51,263 bases of DNA. Source: Elusimicrobiota bacterium (GTDB lineage: Bacteria > Elusimicrobiota > Endomicrobiia > CG1-02-37-114 > JAHJSO01). The notes beneath the pieces are model-generated. The model saw only the letters and a list, made by a program, of their open reading frames with translations. It was not told the DNA's origin and ran no database searches. The stretch is from positions 1 to 51,263 of the forward strand of contig JBDRQF010000009.1 of NCBI GenBank assembly GCA_043826435.1, in the 5' to 3' direction. A program made the position numbers and the translations under genes. The stretch's first letter is position 1. Each line of letters begins with the position of its first letter. Below are positions 10,403-18,275 of this stretch, piece by piece.

Positions 10403-11569
10403 TTACTCTTTCGTTTTTACCGGTTGAAGTTTTTCCAGTGACTCTTCTGCAACTTCTTTTACTCTATTATCTTTATCATTAAGCATTTTCTCAAGTAATT
10501 CTATTCGCTCTTTCATCATAAATCCTGTAAGCATATTGCGTAATCCAACAACAGATTGTAGTCGTATCCGGGGATTTCCGTTACCTAACTCTTGTTTGAA
10601 TATCTCAAACACTTCTTTGGTTGCAATATAACTCAAACTGTTACCTGCCATTAGACAAATAGCCATATCTTCTTTTTCGTTTACAAAAATTTCTTTTAAT
10701 GTAGGAACTGCGGATTCATCCTGTATTTGACCTAAACCAAGTATTGCTGTCTTTCTTGTATCTTTAAACACATCGTTCTTTGCTGTTTCAATCAATTCCG
10801 GAATAACAGTTTTGTCACGTGTGTTTGCTAATGCTTCAGCAGATGTTCTTCGCACAAATCCATCTTTATCTTTCTTTAATGTCTCTATGAGTTTATCAAC
10901 TATTTCTTTTCTTTTAGTATTTTCTATCTCACTTTCTGCAATTTCCTTACCTAAATCTTTAACTGCCTGAATCCTGACTGCGGGGTTTTTATGTTTTAAC
11001 TGCCTGATTTTATCCTTAACATTAACTTCCTGGGCAAAAATCTGTCCGGTTATGAGGATTACAAAGAGAACGAAAACTGCGAAAACAGGGGCAGCGACAT
11101 CTCCCTTGACAAACTTATTTATTTGTTGTATGATAGCACTGATGAAATTCAGTAAGCGACAAAGAGAAAATTTGGCAAAAGTTTTCCTTGATTTAAGTAA
11201 ATACATTTTTATAGCGCTTGTCATAGGGCAATTCAGTGCACCTGAAAAGTTTAAGACAGAACTTTTTATTGGTGGGTTTGTTGCATTCTCGGTTTTTTTA
11301 CCAATCGGATTGATTGCTGATAAAGGAGAATAATTATGGAAGGGATTTACATCTTGCTGGGTGGGGGAATTCTTGTGGCTCTCATTTTCGGAGCCATAAT
11401 CTTGCATCAGGACTGGCGACAAAAACACCCCCCCAAGCCGCGTTAGCCATCCTATCTGCCCTAACCACCCAATCCGCGTTAGTACGCCTGTCCACCCGCC
11501 CACTGTGTCATTGCGAGGCACAGCCGAAGCAATCTCTCCGTAATGTTCTCGCCGGTTATCCTTTTCCAT
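10403..11569 (-). CDS. Secreted HEAT-repeat (HEAT_2/PBS-lyase-like) protein with cassette-derived N-terminal extension
   Basis: Repeats VRIQAVKDLG, VRRTSAEALA, TRKTAILGLG, IRLQSVVGL; hydrophobic signal VFAVFVLFVILITGQIFA/QE at about residue 160-180. Confidence 0.85.
   Translation of the reverse strand: MEKDNRREHYGEIASAVPRNDTVGGWTGVLTRIGWLGQIGWLTRLGGVFLSPVLMQDYGSENESHKNSPTQQDVNPFHNYSPLSAINPIGKKTENATNPPIKSSVLNFSGALNCPMTSAIKMYLLKSRKTFAKFSLCRLLNFISAIIQQINKFVKGDVAAPVFAVFVLFVILITGQIFAQEVNVKDKIRQLKHKNPAVRIQAVKDLGKEIAESEIENTKRKEIVDKLIETLKKDKDGFVRRTSAEALANTRDKTVIPELIETAKNDVFKDTRKTAILGLGQIQDESAVPTLKEIFVNEKEDMAICLMAGNSLSYIATKEVFEIFKQELGNGNPRIRLQSVVGLRNMLTGFMMKERIELLEKMLNDKDNRVKEVAEESLEKLQPVKTKE
11106..11134 (+). 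promoter_or_regulatory. Sigma70 promoter of nested cassette 2
   Basis: TTGACA(11106)-17 bp-TATGAT(11129); ATG follows 7 nt after the -10. Confidence 0.75.
11142..11333 (+). CDS. Small two-TM membrane protein, DUF6722-like (63 aa), nested antisense in HEAT gene
   Basis: MKFSKRQRENLAKVFLDLSKYIFIALVIG...GLIADKGE; paralog of 9917-10111. Confidence 0.7.
   Translation: MKFSKRQRENLAKVFLDLSKYIFIALVIGQFSAPEKFKTELFIGGFVAFSVFLPIGLIADKGE
11336..11446 (+). CDS. 36-aa single-TM peptide, nested antisense in HEAT gene
   Basis: MEGIYILLGGGILVALIFGAIILHQDWRQKHPPKPR; AAGGAG RBS. Confidence 0.7.
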   Translation: MEGIYILLGGGILVALIFGAIILHQDWRQKHPPKPR

Positions 11570-11582
11570 TTTATTTACCTGC
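11411..11582. repeat. 172-bp direct repeat, copy 2
   Basis: Near-identical to 10186-10357. Confidence 0.9.
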
Positions 11583-11954
11583 TTTTTTCTTTATTTCAGA
11601 AACAAAATATTCTGCGTCTTTTAACATTTTTTCTGCTTCTTCTTTGGTTATTTCCTTCATGTATAAATAATCACCAATATTGCGTTTCTCAAAACCATTT
11701 CTTAAAATATTATGCAATTCTAGTTTAACCTCACCTGTTTTGCAAAAATGTTGACCAAATGCAACAATAACAGCGGAATGTTTGGAAAATCTTAATTCTT
11801 TAGTAAGCAACACTGCCTCTGTATAATAGAACATGGAATAATAAGCACGGGAAACACTGGTATCATAATTTGAATTCTTTATATCGTCCCTGGCAATAGA
11901 TAAGTATCTCTCCGCTTTTTCTATAAGTTTTTTTATCTCATCGTTTTTTGTCAT
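11571..11954 (-). CDS. HEPN domain protein (partner of MNT)
   Basis: SRAYYSMFY, SKHSAVI, RNIGDY motifs; overlaps upstream MNT by 4 nt. Confidence 0.9.
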   Translation of the reverse strand: MTKNDEIKKLIEKAERYLSIARDDIKNSNYDTSVSRAYYSMFYYTEAVLLTKELRFSKHSAVIVAFGQHFCKTGEVKLELHNILRNGFEKRNIGDYLYMKEITKEEAEKMLKDAEYFVSEIKKKAGK

Positions 11955-12295
11955 AATTTTATTCCCTCTTTCAAAACATTATGAACAAATATCGTCTTAT
12001 AATCAGCATTAACCCATTCTTCTTCTATTGGAATTGTTGATATTAACAAGTCGTTTTCAAGACAAATCGGTGCTGATATCCTGTTAATTTTATCAATTTC
12101 ATCAAAACTTAAACCCATTTTTTTCAAAACGACCAGAATATCTATATCCGAACCATCTTCAAAATCACCTCTCGCTTTTGAACCATAAAGTATCAGTTGG
12201 GCTAAATTTTCACCATAAAGTTTTTTAAGCCCTTCTACTAACTTTTGAACTGCCTGTTTTTCTTTTTCTGTTAAATTATCCATTTTTTTCAACAT
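11951..12295 (-). CDS. Minimal nucleotidyltransferase (MNT)
   Basis: LILYGSKARGDFEDGSDIDILVV motif; likely start 12295 or 12283 rather than track's 12355. Confidence 0.9.
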   Translation of the reverse strand: MLKKMDNLTEKEKQAVQKLVEGLKKLYGENLAQLILYGSKARGDFEDGSDIDILVVLKKMGLSFDEIDKINRISAPICLENDLLISTIPIEEEWVNADYKTIFVHNVLKEGIKL

Positions 12296-12517
12296 TGTAG
12301 AGCCCTTCTTGTTCTTTCGCTTCTGGTTTTCTGAAATTAACGGGAATAATCTCAATTTCTATGTTTTCATCATGCAGATAGCAGAGAAATTTCTCTTTAA
12401 GCAGACACAGGGCGGACTCTATTGAATCACCCTCTGCATAAAAAACCCCCTCACTAACGGGCACATCGCAATAACTGTTTTCTTTGATGTCTGATGGACA
12501 ACTATCGGGTATCGCAT
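12276..12517 (-). pseudogene. HicB-like gene split by a frameshift at G5T6
   Basis: GAGGT RBS plus ATG at 12517 gives MRYPIVVHQTSKKTVIAMCPLVRGF; the -1 frame continues YAEGDSIESALCLLKEKF, together matching the HicB-like pattern. Confidence 0.6.
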
Positions 12518-12681
12518 TTTTACCTCACTGTCTGCTAATGTTATTGTCCCCGCTTCAAACCGGGCTGAGAGACACACTTATTTTCGTAGTGGCGGCTCCT
12601 AATTAATAGACGGACTAAAAGCATTGCTGCTTTTTGTCCCGACCTTACCTGAATGTTTGATTTTTTTCATGTGTCCCCCAC

Positions 12682-12752
12682 AAAAAATACCCAGGAGTAA
12701 AGAGTCCGCTACATTGGATAATCCAGCGTGCGAACTCCTTGTATTCTGGGTA
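12682..12752 (-). terminator. Long imperfect hairpin followed by T-tract (terminator/attenuator candidate)
   Basis: TACCCAG/CTGGGTA, GAGTTCGC/GCGGACTC, TGGAT/ATCCA nested pairings followed by TTTTTT on the minus strand; begins 14 nt after the stop of 12767-13387. Confidence 0.6.
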
Positions 12753-12766
12753 CTTCTCGTGGAGCA

Positions 12767-13387
12767 TCAACACCTAAGAACCAAAGGGGCTACCTCGGCT
12801 TTAGGTGTGAAGAAAAGGAAGGAAACAAAAAGAGGTGAGTTGACTATTATTACCGAAAATAGAAGGCAAAGCGCGGCTGCCGATAAAATCCGTTTCAGCC
12901 ATTTCAAGTCGGACGTTACGCCTGCGATAAAATGACGGATAAGAAGAACAAAAGGTACGGCGAAAAAGGTCTCCGAGGGGTTTATCCTCTGCTTTAATAC
13001 ATCTACTGCCCTCGCCATGCTGTATATTTCCGACTTTAACAGCAAGTTATGAAGTCCGGCGATAAACAACGCTCTGAGGGAATTAGTATCCAGCCCGGCA
13101 TTGCCTGCGCCGGTGCGTTTTGCCATAGCAATCCCTGCGGCACCCGTTCGTTTCGCCGCGCGATTTACCGGCTTTTTTATCGGCTGGTTGAATTCATCTC
13201 TTTCATCATAGGAATTGTCGTCGTAAAGGGACTTAAAGTCGGGCATTAAAAACTGCGGCGTTAAAGCCATGTGGGTGTCGGAAATTGCAGGGTTTACACT
13301 ATAAACCGCCCCGTTGCGTCCTTTGTGAGCGGTCGTTATGAGTACGGTTGTGCAAATTAAAAGCAAGAAAAGTTTTTTACAACACAT
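12767..13387 (-). CDS. Hypothetical membrane protein ending ...APLVLRC (possible operon leader)
   Basis: GAGGTG RBS, hydrophobic N-terminus, C-terminal TM segment, internal AKRTGA duplication; consensus promoter upstream. Confidence 0.65.
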   Translation of the reverse strand: MCCKKLFLLLICTTVLITTAHKGRNGAVYSVNPAISDTHMALTPQFLMPDFKSLYDDNSYDERDEFNQPIKKPVNRAAKRTGAAGIAMAKRTGAGNAGLDTNSLRALFIAGLHNLLLKSEIYSMARAVDVLKQRINPSETFFAVPFVLLIRHFIAGVTSDLKWLKRILSAAALCLLFSVIIVNSPLFVSFLFFTPKAEVAPLVLRC

Positions 13388-13500
13388 CTCCGCACCTCGC
13401 CCTTTTGTTTCGCTTGTTGCTATCTAATAGTTTAAAACTCAAAAAAAACATTATTCAAACATCCTTGAATCCGTTTACAACTCTGTAACTTTCCACCATT

Positions 13501-13528
13501 ATTATAACAGTTTCTGGGGATTTGTCAA
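13501..13528 (-). promoter_or_regulatory. Sigma70 promoter for leftward accessory operon
   Basis: TTGACA-16 bp-TATAAT with TGn extension on the minus strand. Confidence 0.65.
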
Positions 13529-13641
13529 GGGTTTTCTGAAAAGTTTTCTACACTGCCTCCCGGGGCGGAACACGGAACAACTCATATAACGATTTCTAAA
13601 ATATACTCTCGTCGGTGAAAAAGTCAAAGGTGTGAGTTTTG

Positions 13642-14243
13642 TCACACCTGAGTTTTGTCACACCTGCGAATTGTCACGCCCGCGCGCCTCCCGGAATAAT
13701 CCGCCCTGGAGTAACTGGGGTAATCTGTTGCGGACCGTTGCGCTTCATCTCCTTGCGTAATACAACACTTGCCCTGTAAGCAACGTAAAAAAGAAAAAGA
13801 ATAACCCCTTGCCGCGCCAGCCGCTCTTAAACTTTTTATCTTTTCGTTGTACTCAACTGCAAGTTCGTTCAGAACGTCCAGTTTTGATGCAAGGTATATC
13901 AGTTTGTCGTGCGAATGTTTATTCAGCGGTTCTGCCTCAGCGGCTTTCCGGTAGTAGTTCATTGCTATTTTGTAAAAAGACCTGTCTGCATCCCTGTCAC
14001 CCCTGGCTACCCATGTCTCGCCCAAATTCAGCAACAGCCCGGTATCGGACGGCGCTATCCTCAGCGCCATGTTAAAATAGTGGAGCGACTGGTCATACTC
14101 CGCCCTGGCGAAATTTTTTTTGTGTGTCATTGCGAGCGACCGAAGGAAGCGTGGCAATCTCGATTGTTCAGACGGCGATTGCTTCGTCGCTAACGCTCCT
14201 CGCAATGACAACCAAAATATATAGATCTGTTATACGCACTACA
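13642..14243 (-). pseudogene. TPR-containing protein, probably disrupted
   Basis: TPR-like core (AEYDQSLHYFNMALRIAP...LLLNLGETW). The 5' end is interrupted by a palindromic repeat pair. A TM-like C-terminus (VILFLFYVAYRASVVL...) lies in another frame. Confidence 0.5.
14125..14210. repeat. Inverted pair of GTCATTGCG...GCAATC palindromic elements
   Basis: TGTCATTGCGAGCGACCGAAGGAAGCGTGGCAATC ... GATTGCTTCGTCGCTAACGCTCCTCGCAATGACA. Confidence 0.85.
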
Positions 14244-14276
14244 CTACAATCCTCGGGGAGACATCCGGTACAACTG

Positions 14277-15494
14277 TTAAACCTGATAAACCACAAGCCC
14301 CGCAGGGACCTTCGGGTAAAAGTAAGTTGTCTTGGGCGGCATAATCATACCGGACAAGGAATACAGGAAAAGGTCGCCGGTCTTAACCGGCTCGAGCAGG
14401 AAAGCATAACCCCGGACTTCTTCCGCCTTCCTGACTGCATCCTGATAATCCTTTGTAAAGTATATGTCCTCTGTCCGGACTTCATCAAAAACAAGTTTGT
14501 GCAGAACTATTGCAGGCACCTGCAGGTACCTCCTGAATTTATCCAGATATTTTTTCTTCAGGTGCATTATCCTGAAACTGCCCGTGTGATAAACCACAAT
14601 CTGCGGCTTCCCTTTGCCATCCCATTCTTTCAAATCAAAATACCTCTTTATTTTGGATGATACGTCTGTCCGCGGCCTCACCGCCCTGTGCGTGGGCAGA
14701 ATAACCAGCCCGGGGCTTTCCGCGGGGCATAAGAAAGCAAGTATATAATTATGTGGACATATTGTCCCTGCCGTGGCGCCCGCGCCGTGCGCGGGTCTCG
14801 CCGCCCTGTCCCTGCCGGCCGCCTGCCGATTTTTCATTTCAGCATAAAGCAGGGAGGTTCTGTACCTGTGATGCCCGTCGGCGATTACGAATTTTTCCCC
14901 TGTGAACGTTTTCTGAATTTCAAATATTGCCAATGGGTCCGTAACGGCGCGCAGGGAATGCTTTATATTGTCCTTGTCCGTGAACTGATAGAGGCGTTTA
15001 GTGGACTTTTTGTCCATATAGGCGGACAAAGTGTCCGAAGCCCTCCCCTGTGTATCGCCGAAAAGGCAGAATATCGGGCTTGTGTTTGCGCCGACGCCTT
15101 TCAGCAATTCAAGGCGGTAGTCAACCGGCTTTGCAGACGTATGTTCGTGCCTGTAAATCCTCTCCGGGTCCAATTTAAGGGCGCAAAAAAACCCTGTCCT
15201 CGTGCGGCTCCTGCCTGAAATTTCAAACTGCTGGGTGTAAACGTAAAAAGACGGCCGGCGGTCTTTGATAAGGACGCCGTCCCTGCGCCAGGACTGAAAC
15301 GTCTTTCCCGCTCTCTTTATTCCCACTGGTTTGTTTTCAGGGAATTCAACCCGCACAATGTTGTACCCGGAGGCGGCAAGCAATTCCTCTTTTTCTGCGG
15401 GTGAAATAACGTCGTACGGCGGGCATATCTCTTTTGAAATGTCTCCTGCGGCATACCTCAACGCCGCAAACGGCTGGATTACTGAAGGTCTCAT
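14277..15494 (-). CDS. DUF1015 family protein
   Basis: PPYDVIS, HEHT, IADGHHRY, MPPKTTYFYPK motifs. Confidence 0.92.
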   Translation of the reverse strand: MRPSVIQPFAALRYAAGDISKEICPPYDVISPAEKEELLAASGYNIVRVEFPENKPVGIKRAGKTFQSWRRDGVLIKDRRPSFYVYTQQFEISGRSRTRTGFFCALKLDPERIYRHEHTSAKPVDYRLELLKGVGANTSPIFCLFGDTQGRASDTLSAYMDKKSTKRLYQFTDKDNIKHSLRAVTDPLAIFEIQKTFTGEKFVIADGHHRYRTSLLYAEMKNRQAAGRDRAARPAHGAGATAGTICPHNYILAFLCPAESPGLVILPTHRAVRPRTDVSSKIKRYFDLKEWDGKGKPQIVVYHTGSFRIMHLKKKYLDKFRRYLQVPAIVLHKLVFDEVRTEDIYFTKDYQDAVRKAEEVRGYAFLLEPVKTGDLFLYSLSGMIMPPKTTYFYPKVPAGLVVYQV

Positions 15495-15501
15495 ACCGTA
15501 A

Positions 15502-15582
15502 ATGGTATAAAATTTTTAAGTTTTTTTCAAGTAAACAGTTCGGCGGCGAAAACTTGACAACATCTTAATATTTTGGTAAAAT
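15502..15582. promoter_or_regulatory. Divergent sigma70 promoters (DUF1015 and ndk)
   Basis: Plus: TTGACA(15554)-17-TAAAAT(15577). Minus: TTGAAA-17-TACCAT ending 7 nt before the DUF1015 ATG. Confidence 0.55.
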
Positions 15583-15632
15583 TATTGTGTTATGAAGATG
15601 GGCTCTCTTTGAAGGAAGTGCATGGGGGAAAA

Positions 15633-16178
15633 ATGGAAAATAATTCTGACAAAAAATTTCAGCAAACTCTCGTAATAGTAAAACCGGACGGGTTGAAAAA
15701 GTCCCTCACGGGAAACATACTTACCCGCCTTTCAGAGGCGAAACTTCGCATAGTGGCAGCAAAGGTCGTGCAGGTAAGCAGGGAACTTGCCTGTAAACAC
15801 TATGAACACCTGAAGGACAAGCCCTTTTTTGACGAGGTGGTAAAATATATACGGGGGACGCTCCACGGAGAAGAATACCACAGGGTTCTGGCCATTATAT
15901 ATGAAGGCGCCGACGCAATAAAGAAAGTCCGGGAAATTGCCGGCGTCACCAACCCCGAAGAGGCAGATCCTACCACAATAAGAGGCCAATACGGCAGGAT
16001 TACGACCAAGGGTATGTATGAGAACGTAATACATTGCTCCGCGAGCGATGAGGAAGCGGAGAATGAAATAAAACTCTGGTTTGAACCGGATGATATCGTT
16101 GAGGAAATTTATCCCGTGGAAACAATTGATACCCTTGTCAAAAAACGCGTCTGGAAAAACGTAAACAGAACAAAATAA
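15633..16178 (+). CDS. ndk: Nucleoside-diphosphate kinase
   Basis: TLVIVKPDG, TIRGQYG, NVIHCSAS (catalytic His); ATG 15633 after GGGGG RBS. Confidence 0.95.
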   Translation: MENNSDKKFQQTLVIVKPDGLKKSLTGNILTRLSEAKLRIVAAKVVQVSRELACKHYEHLKDKPFFDEVVKYIRGTLHGEEYHRVLAIIYEGADAIKKVREIAGVTNPEEADPTTIRGQYGRITTKGMYENVIHCSASDEEAENEIKLWFEPDDIVEEIYPVETIDTLVKKRVWKNVNRTK

Positions 16179-16223
16179 TCCGCCGGGTTTATCCCGTCTT
16201 ACGAACGCAATAAATTATATTCT

Positions 16224-18077
16224 ATGGCAACGACACCTCTGGAAAAATGGGTTGAAGAACAGGCGGCGCTTACGAAACCGGACAACGTTCACTGGTGCGA
16301 CGGTTCGGACGAGGAAACTCGCAAACTTGTAGAAACCGGACTCAAAAAAGAAAAAACAGGAAAGCACAACACCTTTTATCAACTGAACCCGGCCTTTTCC
16401 CCGAATTCATACCTGCACAGGAGCCACCCGTCGGACGTGGCGAGGACGGAGCACCTGACTTTCATCAATCACCCGTCAAAAGAACTCGCAGGCCCGAACA
16501 ACAACTGGATGGAACCGTCCAAAGCAAAAGGGGTGGTGAACAAACTGTTTGACGGTTGCATGGTAGGCAGGACGATGTACGTTATGCCGTATATGATGGG
16601 ACCCGCCGATTCACCCTATGCAAAACCGTGCGTGCAAATAACCGACTCCGTGTATGTCGTCATAAGCATGAAGATAATGACCAGGATGGGGGCTTTCGCG
16701 CTTAAAAGAATCGGAAGCTCTGACAGCTTTGTGAAGGGGCTGCATTCCATAGGCGACCTTGACCCTAAAAAAAGATACATAATGCATTTCCCGGACGAAC
16801 GACTGGTTATGAGTATCGGTTCCGGCTACGGCGGCAATGCCCTGCTGGGGAAGAAATGTTTTTCATTGAGAATCGCTTCGTACATGGGTTACATTGAGGG
16901 GTGGCTTGCCGAACACATGATTGTAATAGGCGTTGAAGACCCGGAAGGGGACATCAGATATTTCCTCGGGGCGTTCCCTTCGGCATGCGGCAAGACAAAC
17001 CTCGCTCTGTTGGCCCCGACGCTTAAGGGATACAAGGTGTGGACTCTCGGGGACGACATCGCGTGGATAAACGTCGGGCCCGACGGGCGGCTCTACGCCA
17101 TAAACCCTGAAACGGGTTTCTTCTGCGTCGCACCTGGGACTTCTGAAAAGACAAACCCCATGATGATTGAGACGCTAAAGAATAACAAATTCTATCCTAC
17201 GTTGTTCACGAATACCGGGCTGGATGTCCGGAACAACACCCCGTGGTGGGAAGGGTTTACCGGCGAACCGCCTGCGGAACTCCTTGACTGGCAGGGCGAT
17301 GAGTATAAACTGGGCAAGGGGAAATCGGGCGAGGAAAAACCAGCCGCCCACCCGAATTCAAGGTTTACCGTGTCAATTTACAACTGCCCGACCCTTTCAA
17401 AAGAGTTTGACAACCCCATCGGCGTGCCGATATCAGGCATAATTTTCGGCGGGAGGAGACAAAGGACTGTCCCGCTGGTATATGAGAGTTTTGACTGGGC
17501 GCACGGTGTATTCCTGGCGTCAATAATGGGCTCTGAAACTACGACCGCTGCAACCCACCAGGTGGGGGTTGTCCGGAGGGACCCGATGGCGATGCTTCCG
17601 TTCTGCGGGTATAACATGGCCGGTTACTTCAGGCACTGGCTGAATTTTCGGTCAAAGGCAAAAAATCTTCCAAAAATATTTTTCGTGAACTGGTTCAGGA
17701 CGGATGAAGACGGGAATTATCTCTGGCCCGGTTTCAGGGAAAACTGCCGTATATTAAAATGGATGGTTGACAGGATAAAAAAGAGCGGAGAAGCCCCCCG
17801 GGGCGGGGCTGGCGCCACCGGAGGAAGGGCTGCAGTCGCCGCCGGAAGCGGGGCTGCTGGCGCCAAAGAAACACCGCTGGGCTTTATCCCGGACGCTTCG
17901 GACATTGACCTGTCCGGCGGAGGGATTGACGGAAATAAATTAAAAGACGCCCTCCGGATAAACCGCGGTGAGTGGCAAAAGGAAATTGAGGACGTGGAAA
18001 AATTCTACTCACAGTTCGGCGAGGCGCTCCCGCAGGAGTTAAAAAATCATCTTGAAAAACTCAAAAAATCAATATAG
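16224..18077 (+). CDS. pckG: Phosphoenolpyruvate carboxykinase (GTP)
   Basis: GYGGNALLGKKC, AFPSACGKTNLA, GDDIAW, AHPNSRF, DPMAMLPFCGYN. Confidence 0.97.
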   Translation: MATTPLEKWVEEQAALTKPDNVHWCDGSDEETRKLVETGLKKEKTGKHNTFYQLNPAFSPNSYLHRSHPSDVARTEHLTFINHPSKELAGPNNNWMEPSKAKGVVNKLFDGCMVGRTMYVMPYMMGPADSPYAKPCVQITDSVYVVISMKIMTRMGAFALKRIGSSDSFVKGLHSIGDLDPKKRYIMHFPDERLVMSIGSGYGGNALLGKKCFSLRIASYMGYIEGWLAEHMIVIGVEDPEGDIRYFLGAFPSACGKTNLALLAPTLKGYKVWTLGDDIAWINVGPDGRLYAINPETGFFCVAPGTSEKTNPMMIETLKNNKFYPTLFTNTGLDVRNNTPWWEGFTGEPPAELLDWQGDEYKLGKGKSGEEKPAAHPNSRFTVSIYNCPTLSKEFDNPIGVPISGIIFGGRRQRTVPLVYESFDWAHGVFLASIMGSETTTAATHQVGVVRRDPMAMLPFCGYNMAGYFRHWLNFRSKAKNLPKIFFVNWFRTDEDGNYLWPGFRENCRILKWMVDRIKKSGEAPRGGAGATGGRAAVAAGSGAAGAKETPLGFIPDASDIDLSGGGIDGNKLKDALRINRGEWQKEIEDVEKFYSQFGEALPQELKNHLEKLKKSI

Positions 18078-18078
18078 T

Positions 18079-18257
18079 TGTCATTGCGACCACAAGCCCC
18101 GCAGGGGCGCGGTGGGAAGCAATCCCATCAACAAAGCAGATTACTTCGTCGCTGCGTTCCTCGTAATGACATGGCAGGGTTGTCATTGCGAACGAAGTGA
18201 AGCAATCTCAATCTTTTAACGACGAGATTGCCACGCCCCTACGGGGCTCGCAATGAC
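18079..18257. repeat. Cluster of four palindromic elements (two inverted pairs)
   Basis: TGTCATTGCG...GCAATC / GATT(A/G)C...CTCG(C/T)AATGAC units between pckG and PBP1A. Confidence 0.85.
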
Positions 18258-18275
18258 TTTCTTGGGAATATTCTC

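Noticed and set aside
11314..11670. 118-aa plus-strand ORF
   Set aside because: Off-frame read across the 36-aa gene and the repeat; the 11336-11446 frame has the RBS and a paralog.
12599..12670. 23-codon minus-strand ORF MKKIKHSGKVG... after the hairpin
   Set aside because: Has a weak RBS but is too short and featureless to support.
13628..13684. Short repeats GAGTTTTGTCACACCT
   Set aside because: Two to three degenerate copies only; could be an operator or terminator region but there is no supporting evidence.
17113..17140. PEPCK GFFCVAPGT versus usual GFFGVAPGT
   Set aside because: Single-base difference; cannot distinguish variant from error, and other catalytic motifs are intact.
18228..18275. 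Track's extended PBP1A N-terminus (also ndk, nikR, moeA extensions)
   Set aside because: Extensions run through repeats or promoter sequence; downstream ATGs fit better.
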